The position numbers and the translations under genes were made by a program. Of a stretch of 64,000 nucleotides of DNA, positions 50,033-59,961 are shown in pieces (within the stretch, counting starts at the first letter, position 1; each line of letters opens with the position of its first letter). The notes beneath the pieces were generated by a model, which was not told the origin of the DNA, made no database searches, and saw only the letters and a list, made by a program, of their open reading frames with translations. The DNA lies in NCBI GenBank assembly GCA_038087875.1, contig CM075987.1:27840001-27904000 (forward strand). Direction: 5' to 3'. Source of the stretch: Malacoraja senta (Eukaryota).

Positions 50033-52377
50033 CTAGACTAAGTGGGACCCGTTGGGTCCCATGTTCGCACGGGAGGGCTGGTCCCCCAACGCAATATTCC
50101 ACCTCCACCAATTCCAATATTGGTGGCCAGTGGGGGGGGGGGGGGGGGGCTTTCTGGAGCGCTAGTTTCCAGAGGGCTAGTATGGACATTGTGGGTCTGG
50201 CAACTCAGTCACTCAGGCCTGGTGGGCTGGCAGCTCAGTCACTCAGGGCTGGTGGGCTGGCAGCTCAGTCACTCAGGGCTGGTGGGCTGGCAGTTCACCC
50301 ACGGCTATTCCTTGAAATTCCATTTCAAGCAGAGTGAAGGCCACCAAATTCAATTTGAGAGCATTTCAAGCGGTGCAGGCCAACAAATTCAATTTCATAG
50401 CATTTCAAGCAGCGTGCAGGCCAACAAATTCAATTTCATAGCATTTCAAGCAGAGTGCAGGCCACCAAATTGCAAAACAACTCATTGCATTGTCATTAAG
50501 GGCTAACAAATCATTTATTGCAAGTAGTTTAAGAAGGAACTGCAGATGCTGGAAAACCGGAGGTAGACAAAAATGCTGGAGAATCTCAGCGGGTGAGGCA
50601 GCATCTATGGAGCGAAGGAAATAGGCAACGTTTTGGGCCGAAACCCTTCTTCAGACTGATGTGAGGGTGGAGGGGGGGGCGGCGGGAAGAAGAAAGGGAG
50701 AGGAGGAGCCAGAGGGCTAGAGGGAGAGCATAGAAGGGGAGGAGACAGTAAGGACTACCTGAAATTAGAGAAGTCAATGTTCATACCGCTGGGGTACAGA
50801 CTGCCCCAAGTGAAATATGAGGTGCTGCTCCTCCAATTTCCGTTGGTCCTCACTCTGGCCATGGAGGAGGCCCAGGACAGAAAGGTCGGATTCGGAATGG
50901 GAGGGCGAGTTGAAGTGCTGAGCCACTGGGAGATGAGGTTGGTTATTGGTTCGGCGAAGCAATCGCCAAGCCTACGCTTGGTCTCACCGATGTAGATCAG
51001 CTGACAACTAGAGCAGCGGATGCAATAGATGAGGTTGGAGGAGATGCAGGTGAACCTCTGTCGCACCTGGAAAGACTGCTTGCGTCCTTGAATTAAGTCA
51101 AGGAGGGAGGTAAAGCGACAAGTGTAGCATTTCTTGCGGTTGCAAGGGAAAGTGCCCAGAGAGGGGGTGGTTTGGGTGGGAAGGGACGAATGGACCAGGG
51201 AGTCACGGAGGGAGCGGTCTCTGTGGAAAGCAGACATGGGAGGAGATGGGAAGATGTGGCAAGTGGTGGGGTCACGTTGGAGGTGGCAAAAATAACGGAG
51301 GATTATTTTTTGTACGTGACAGCTGGTAGGGTGGAAGGTGAGGACAATGGGGACTCTGCCCTTGTTACCAGTGGGGGGATGGAGAGAGAGAGCAGTGTCA
51401 CGGGGCATCGAAGAAACCCTGGTGAGAGCCTCATCTATGGCAAAAGAGGGGAACCCCCGTTCCCTGAAGAATGAGGACATCTCCGATGCCCTGGTGTGGA
51501 ACACCTCAGCCTGGGAGCAGATGCGGCGTAGACGGAGGAATTGGGAGTAGGGGATGGAGTCCTTACAGGAAGCAGGGTGGGAAGAAGTGTAGTCCAGATA
51601 GCCATGGGAGTCAGTGGGTTTATAATGGATGTCGGTCAGAAGTCTATACCTGCAATGGAGATAGCGAGGTCCAGAAATGGTAGGCAAATGTCGGAAATGG
51701 TCCAGGTGTATTTGAGTGCCGGATGGAAGTTAGTGGTGAAATGGATGAAGTCAATGAGTTGTGGGTGCAGGAGGTAGCACCAATGCAGTCGTCATGTAGC
51801 GGAGGTAGAGTTCGGGGATGGGGTCCTGGTACGTCTCGAACAAAGATTGTTCGACATACCGTACAAAGAGGCAGGCATAGCTAGGGCCCATGCGCGTGTC
51901 CACAGCTATTTCCTTGTATTTGGAGGAAATGGGAGGAGTCAAACGAAAAGTTATTAAGGGTAAGGACTGCGGAGGAGAGTATCAGTAGTATTATTGCAAG
52001 TACATTGCAGACTCACAGTTCAGTTGATTCACAGCTTAGAATCACAGTTGTGGACTCGCCCTCATGATCTTCCAGAGTGACTGACTCACGTCCAGGCATC
52101 CGGGGTTTTATAGTCCTGCCCCCCCCCCCCCCCGGAAGTGGCGTTACCTTCATCGTGGTGATTGACAGGCGAGAGGACCAATCAGCTGATCTCAAGATTT
52201 TTTAAACACTCAGAACTTTTTTATTTTCCATCGATCGGAAAAATCCTCGGGGCTGCCTCAGCGGAGGACTGTGAGTAAGATGGCCAAAAATAATAGAGAT
52301 ATATGGTAGCGTTTTTTCTAAAATCAATATACTGCGCAGACAAGAAGTTGTCAAGATGAGACTTTTAGTTATATAGA
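50033..52377 (-). mobile_element. Non-autonomous Helitron carrying the Penelope insertion
   Basis: Minus strand starts TCTATATA, ends with hairpin GGGACCC-AAC-GGGTCCC followed by ACTTAGT-CTAG; sits between A and T without a TSD; internal 30-bp and about 40-bp tandem repeats. Confidence 0.8.
50527..51990 (-). mobile_element. Penelope-like element (RT C-terminus, GIY-YIG endonuclease, pLTR), 5'-truncated
   Basis: ORF 50755..51687 with YKPTDSHGYLDYTSSHP, IPYSQFLRLRRICS and NLIYCIRC..C..IYIGETKR; flanked by a 12-bp duplication TTATTGCAAGTA (50515-50526, 51991-52002). Confidence 0.92.
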
Positions 52378-54094
52378 TATGTAACAAAAATGGAACAAAG
52401 ACGTTCCCACTTGCAGCAGCGATAAACTATTAAACTGAGCTAAACATGTCCATAAACACAATATTCATAGATAATACAATTAACCAAATAAAGTTCAACA
52501 AATTAAAAATATATATCATTGCAAAAGAGAAGCCAAAGTCGCTAGTGCAATCTTGATAGTTCATATTTCCTAGTTTACTTGGTGTAGATGATAATCAATT
52601 GAGTTCATAGTTCGTTGTCTTTACCATGGCTACAACACAAAGCCATTTGACGTATTCCACAAATCCTAAAATTGTGTTTCTCACTTCCAAGTCCTCATTA
52701 GTCCCACAGCGCAGAAACGGGCCCTTCGGCTCATCGATTCCACGCTGACCAGTGATCCTACACACACTAGGGATAATTTACAATTCTTTACCGGAGCCAA
52801 TTAACCTACAAACCTACACGTCTTTGGAGTTGGGAGGCAACCGGAGAAAACCCACACAGGTCGCGGGGGAGAACGTACAAACTCCGCACAGACAGCACCT
52901 GTAGTCAAGATGGAACCTGGGTCCCTGGCGCCGTGAGGCAGCAACTCTACCGCTGTGCCACCGTGCTGCTCGTTAATGTGAGAAATCAAACAATAGTGCT
53001 CCCAAATGTAAATCAGAAAATGCAAATGTTGGATACAGAAACAGAAAAGAGTAGAAATACTGATTGGGTGAGGTTAGTGTTGCTGTGATGGTCAGCATTT
53101 GCTGGAGTAACTGGTTGATGGATTAATGAAGGTAGTTAAAGGGAGCTAACTCAAACAAAGGCATTTCAAGGTTCTGCAGTGAGGACAGTTGGAGAAAGAA
53201 TCCAGAAACAATGGAATGTAAAAGCTGTGAATAGTGAAATGCCTGGATAGAGTGGATGTGGAGAGGATGTTTCCACGAGTGGGAGAGTCTAGGACCAGAG
53301 GTCATAGCCTCAGAATTAAAGGACATTCTATTGGGAAGGAGATGAGGAGGAATTTCTTCAGTCAGAGGGTAGTGAATCTGTGGCATTCTTCGCCACAGAG
53401 GCTGTGGAGGCCAAGAGGGTACTTTCCTTCCGGTGTTTGTATCTTCTGCCCAATGGGAGAGGGGAGAAATGTGAACGACCGGGGTCTGAGTGGTTCTTGA
53501 TTATTGTCGGCTACGTGGGATGGCAGGAAAATAAACTATGAAACCAGCGATCCCCACACACACATCAAGTCTTCACCACCATTCAATCATAGCTGATCTA
53601 TCTCTCCCTCCTAGCCCCATTCTCCCCATAACTCCTGACACTCGTACTAATCAAGAATCTATCTATCTCTGCCTTAAAAATATCCACTGAAGACCTCCAC
53701 AGCCATCTGTGGCAAAGAATTCACAGATTTACCACCCTTTGCTCAATCTCTTCTCAATAACAGACCTCATCCATCCCAGAATCAATGCGATGAACAATGT
53801 TGTGTTCCTATCCTTCCCTAGGTGGGGTTAGCACACCTCACAGTCTCATCAAGGCTCTCTAGAACGGAAGCAAAATGTCTTGTCCTCAAATCCTGTTGCA
53901 GTAAAGGCCACTGTTTCATGGCTGATCTAAGTTGCCTTCCACCTGTGCATCAGCTTCAGTGATTTGTGTAACAGGGTAGAGGGGCCTCTCTGGACCCCAA
54001 CACGTCCTGACTTCTCACCGTGTGAGAACTGTTCCACGTGAATGACAAGCGGATAACCTTCAATTAGTCTAGTTCAGACGAAAGGTCCCAACCC

Positions 54095-54292
54095 GAAATG
54101 TCACCTATCCATGTTCTCCACAGATGCTGCCTGACCCGCTGAGTTACTCCAGCACTCTGTGAAACGTCACCTATCCATGTTCTCCAGAGTTGCTGCCTGA
54201 TCCGCTGAGTTACTCCAGCACTCTGTGAAACGTCACCTATCCATTTTCTCCACAGATGCTGCCTGACCCACTGAGTTACTCCAGCACCCTGT
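54095..54292 (+). repeat. Tandem array, 3 x 66 bp, of the same unit
   Basis: GAAA(C/T)GTCACCTATCC recurs at 54095, 54161 and 54227. Confidence 0.9.
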
Positions 54293-55169
54293 GTCATTTT
54301 TACTTAGTCAATATATATTGACCCCCTGAACTGTCTCTGCCTCCTAACTTTATATATCAGCAGATTTGGATATTTTTCTTGATTAGTACGGGTTTCAGGG
54401 GTTATGGGGAGAAGGCAGGAGAATGGGGTTGAGATAGATCTCCGTGATTGAATGGCAGAAGAGACTTGATGGGCTGAATGGCCTAATTCAACTCCTAAAA
54501 CTTATGAAGTTATGTATTTCACACTCAATTCCTCGACCAGTCATTAATCCAGAGTGTGAACAGCCTTAGCCCTGAGCCCTGGGTGACCCCATCAGTTGCA
54601 GCTCCCAACCCAAGCACAAACCCTTTATTCCTTTCTCTCTATTATACAATACTTCATCAACACTCATATATTCCACTGTGAACTGATTCAGTTTAATTAT
54701 CTTGTGGATGATAATAATATCAGAGACAAACTCCTTCATGAAACAAGCATCCATTGATTTGATGTTATATTTCCTGCTAATATTTACCTCAAAACTCTAA
54801 CCTGCTCGTTAAGCGTAATTCCCCTTGCTTAACTACTTGTGGATTCTGCACAACCCTGCTATTGTTTTCTAAGCGACCTATTACTACTTCCTTAATAGAT
54901 ACAAAATGCTGGAGTAACTCAGCAGGACAGGCAGCATCCCTGGAGAGAAGGAATGGGTGATGTTTCGGGTCAAGACCCCTCTTCAGACTAGTCTCCCAGC
55001 ACGAAAAGCCACCCATTCCTTCTCTGGAGAAAGGAGATGCTGCCTGGCCCACTGAGTTACTCCAGCATTTTGTGTCTATCTTCGGTGTAAACCAGCATCT
55101 GCCGTTCCTTCCTACACACTACTTCCTTAATGAAGGATTCCTGTATTTTCGCCATAGTCCGAGTGGTCA

Positions 55170-57765
55170 ATAGGTGTCTGTTTCCTGCATGCGCACCCTC
55201 CACTGCCACTTCCTTCAAATCCCCAGGATTGAGGTGATTGGAACATAGAACACATACAGTACAGCATACCAAACTCTCCCTAGAGAGTTTACTGTCGTCA
55301 TGATAACTGTTGTATACATACCACCGGATGCTAATGCTAACTCGGCTATCGGACATTTGTATGGTAGCACCAGCAGCCAGCAGAGCACATATCCTGACGC
55401 TGTTCACATCATAGCAGGGCACTTTAATCACGCGGACTTGAAGGCAATGCTCCCCAAATTCTACCAGCATGTTAAATGTGCTACAAAAGGAGCTAACACA
55501 CTGGACAAGGTCTACTCCAACATCAAGCTGGGCTACAGGGCTAGACCACTACCACACCTGGGCCAGTCTGACCATATGTCCCTGCTTTTAATTCCTGCAT
55601 ATGCCCCCCTCAGGAAAACTGCTCCTACCATCACAAAGACCATCACAACTTGGCCTGATGGTGCCTCTCAGCAGCTGCAGGACTGCTTCGACAGGACCAA
55701 CTGGGATGTGTTTGAACACCAGGACCTGGAGGTGTTCACAGACAGTGTACTATGTTACATTAAAAACTGCATGGACACTGTCACAGTGGACAAACGCATC
55801 CGGGTCTACCCCAACCAGAAGCCCTGGATGACCCGGGAGGTCCAGCGGCTGTTAAAAGAGAGGAACACCGCTTTTAGGTCTGGCGATAGGGCTTTATACA
55901 GCACGGCCCGAGCTAACCTGAAGAGAGGCATCAGAGAGGCCAAATCAGACTACAGGAGGAGGATAGAGGACCACCTGGACAGTAACAACAGCAGGCAGGT
56001 GTGGCAGGGGATCCAGTATCTCACCAACTACAAGACCAATCTTGGAGCTGCTGAAGGTGACGCCTCATTGGCAGAGGAGCTGAACCTCTTCTTTGCTCGC
56101 TTTGAAGTGGAGCCACCAGAGACAGCCATATCACACCACATGGTCCACAGCAGCTTATCCCTCAAAATAGAGGAGCATGAGGTGAGGCGCACGCTGCGGG
56201 CCATCAATCCGAGGAAAGCTGCTGGACCCGACGGCGTCTCTGGACGCGTGCTGAAGGACTGCGCAGACCAGCTGGCTGGAGTCTTTACGAGGATTTTCAA
56301 CCAGTCTCTGGCCCAGTCCACTGTCCCACCCTGTCTGAAGTCCTCCACCATAGTCCCCTTGCCCAAAGAAACCCACATTTCCAGCCTCAACGACTACCGG
56401 CCAGTCGCACTCACACCAGTGGTGATGAAGTGCTTTGAAAAACTGGTCCGGGGTCACATCACATCACTCCTGCCCCGAAGCTTTGACCCCCACCAGTTTG
56501 CGTATAGAGCGAACAGATCCACAGAGGACGCTGTAGCCACAGCCCTCCATGCTGCACTGTCCCACCTGGAGCAGCGGGGGAGCTACGTGCGGATGCTCTT
56601 TGTGGACTACAGCTCTGCTTTTAACACCATCCTTCCCCACAAACTGGTGGACAAACTGGGGGACCTGGGACTTCCACACTCCACCTGCATGTGGATAAAT
56701 AGCTTCCTGTCGGGTCGCAGTCAGAGAGTCAGAGTGGGCCATCACACATCCACGGCCCTCAGCGTGCTGAGCCCCCTGCTTTACACCATCTACACATATG
56801 ACTGCACCCCCGTCCACCACAGTAACACCATTGTCAAATTCGCGGATGACACCACAGTGGTGGGGCTCATCTCTGGGGGGGATGAGTACGCCTACAGGGA
56901 TGAGGTGGAGCAGCTGACAGTGTGGTGTGGAGAGAATAACCTGCTCCTCAACACCTCAAAGACCAAGGAGCTCATAATAGACTACCGGAAGAAGAAAACG
57001 GACATTACACCATTAATCATCAGAGGGGACTGTGTGGAGAGGGTGGCGGATTTCCGCTTCCTGGGAATCCACATTGAGGAGGACCTGACATGGAGCGTGA
57101 ACACCTCTGCGCTGCTGAAAAAGGTCCAGCCGAGACTGTACTTCCTGAGGGTGCTCAGGAAGAACAACATCACCCAGAGACTGCTGCTGTCCTTTTATCG
57201 GTGCTCAATAGAGAGCATCTTATCATACTGTGTATGCGTGTGGTACACCAGCTGCACAGCGGCTAAGAGGAAAGCGCTCCAGAGGGCTATTGACAACGCC
57301 CAGAAGATTGTCGGCTGCCCTCTCCTCACCTTGGAGGACTTACACAGTTCCCACTGTCTCAAGAAATCCCAGAACATTATAAAGGATATTTCCCACCCCG
57401 GACACTCCCTGTTTGAACTGTTGCCGTCAGGCAGACAGTACAGATCAATGAGGACAAGGACAAACAGACTCAAAAACAGTTTTTATCCCACAGCAATAAC
57501 TACACTTAATGTAGCCACCAAATGAGCGCAGGTGCGCTACATACCAAAGGGATTGTGAAATCGACAGAAGAATGTATGGTTGTGTGTTTATGCTTGTTTT
57601 TTTCATGTTATTTATTTTAGTTGTTTATTTTAGATATTTATCTTTTACGTATCGTTAGCTTTTGGATAATGTGTGAATAGTGCACTGACTGATTGGCATT
57701 TTTAATTTCGTTGTACATGTTTACATGTTATAATGACAATAAAGAATTTCATTTCATTTCATTTC
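55170..57765 (+). mobile_element. Rex1/Babar-like LINE, 5'-truncated, with 741-aa uninterrupted ORF (APE C-terminal part plus RT)
   Basis: ORF 55300..57525 with LGQSDH, LNDYRPVALTPVVMKCFE, DPHQFAYRANRSTEDA and KFADD; AATAAA then an (ATTTC)n tail near 57738-57765. The 5' boundary is approximate. Confidence 0.9.
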
Positions 57766-58345
57766 AACAGGCCCTTCAGCCCACAATGTCTCTGCTGACC
57801 ATGATGCCAAATGACACTAATCCCATCTGTCTGCACACAGTCTTCATCTCTCTGTTCCTTGTGGGATTATCTCTATGGCATTTCTTAAACATAGGAACAA
57901 TGTGGCTAGACTCCAGTCATTGGAATTTAGAAAGATGAGAGGGAATCTTATAGAAACATAACATTCTTAAAGGATTGGACAGGCTAGATGCAGGAAAAAT
58001 GTTCCCCATGTTGGGGAAGTCCAGAACCAGAGGATCAACACATTATCAATTAGCAAGGGTGGCTCCTGGGAGGCAGGCTGTGGGCCGAGCATCAAAAATG
58101 TGTTTCGAAATCAACTTTCGTGACCCATGTCTCGGAACTACATGAAATTTTGCACAGATTTAGATAAAATATAATTGGGAAGGAAGTCATAACTCATCAG
58201 TGCCAAAGGTTGCACATTAATTAATTAAATTAGAAAATGAGATCGAAAGAGTAAGCGCCATCTAGTGTCCAATCCCCATATTACACCATGGGGAGCCTAT
58301 TTCCGTGTTGCAGTTTATTTAAACCATATATTATTATACCAGATA

Positions 58346-59961
58346 CAGTGGCATGTAAAAGTTTTAATACCCCTTGAACTTTTCCACATTTTGTCACGTT
58401 ACAACCACAAACGTAAATGTATTTTATTGGGATTTTATGTGATAGACCAACACAAAGTGGTGCATAATTGTGAAGTGGAAGGAAAATAATACATGGTTTT
58501 CACATTTTTTTTACAAATAAAAAACTGAAAAGTGTCGCGTGCAAAAGTATTCAGCCCCCCTGAGTCAATACATTGTAGAACCACCTTTCGCTGCAATTAC
58601 AGCTGCAAGTCTTTTGGGGTATGTCTCTACCAGCTTTGCACATCTAGAGACTGAAATTTTTGCCCATTCTTCTTTGCAAAATAGCTCAAGCTCAGTCAGA
58701 TTGGATGGAGAGCATTTGTGAACAGCAATTTTCAAGTCTTGCCAGAGATTCTCAATTGGATTTAGGTCTGGACTTTGACTGGGCCATTCTAACACATGAA
58801 TATGCTTTGATCTAAACCATTCCATTGTAGCTCTGGCTGTATGTTTAGGGTCGTTGTCCGGCTGGAAGGTGAACCTCCGCCCCAGTCTCAAGTCTTTTGC
58901 AGACTAACAGGTTTTCTTCCAAGATTGCCCTGTATTTGGCTCCATCCATCTTCCCATCAACTCTGACCAGCTTCCCTGTCCCTACTGAAGAAAAGCATCC
59001 CCACAGCATGATGCTGCCACCACCATGTTTCACAGTGGGGATGGTGTGTTCAGGGTGATGTGCAGTGTTAGGTTTCCGCCACACATAGCGTTTTGCATTT
59101 AGGCCAAAAACTTCAATTTTGGTCTCATCTGACCAGAGCACCTTCCTCCACATGTTTGCTGTGTCCCCCACATGGCTTGTGGCAAACTGCAAACGGGACT
59201 TCATATGGCTTTTTTTCAACAATGGCTTTCTTCTTGCCACTCTTCCATAAAGGCCCGATTTGTGGAGTGCACGACTAATAGTTTTCCTGTGGACAGATTC
59301 TCCCACCTGAACTGTGGATCTCTGCAGCTCCTCCAGAGTTACCATGGGCCTCTTGGCTGCTTCTCTGATCAATGCTCTCCTTGCCCGGCCTGTCAGTTTA
59401 GGTGGACGGCCATGTCTTGGTAGGTTTGCAGTTGTGCCATACTCTTTCCATTTTCGGATGATGGATTGAACAGTGCTCCGTGAGATGTTCAAAGTTTGGG
59501 ATATTTTTTTATAACCTAACCCTGCTTTAAACTTCTCCACAACTTTATCCCTGACCTGTCTGGTGTGTTCCTTGGGCTTCATGATGCTGTTTGTTCATTA
59601 ATGTTCTCTAACAAACCTCTGAGGCCTTCACAGAACAGCTGTATTTATACTGAGATTAGATTACACACAAGTGGACTCTATTTACTAATTAGATGACTTC
59701 TGAAGGCAATTGGTTGCACTGGATTTTATTTAGGGGTATCAGAGTAAAGGGGGCCGAATACTTTTGCACACGACACTTTTCGGTTTTTTATTTGTAAAAC
59801 AATTTGAAAACCATGTATCATTTTCCTTCCACTTCACAATTATGCGCCACTTTGTGTTGGTCTATCACATAAAATCCCAATAAAATACATTTACGTTTGT
59901 GGTTGTAACGTGACAAAATGTGGAAAAGTTCAAGGGGTATGAATACTTTTGCAAGCCACTG
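58346..59961 (-). mobile_element. Full-length Tc1/mariner (DD34E, IR/DR type) transposon, 1616 bp
   Basis: TA flanks (58344-45, 59962-63), about 215-bp TIRs starting CAGTGGC with an internal AAAAGTATTC repeat; transposase 59582->58565 with GRPPK, WSDE, DND and SPDLNPIE. Confidence 0.96.
58565..59582 (-). pseudogene. Tc1 transposase interrupted by one frameshift
   Basis: ORFs 58845..59582 and 58565..58891 join if 2 bp are restored near 58904, giving about 339 aa with 34 residues between the second D and E. Confidence 0.9.
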
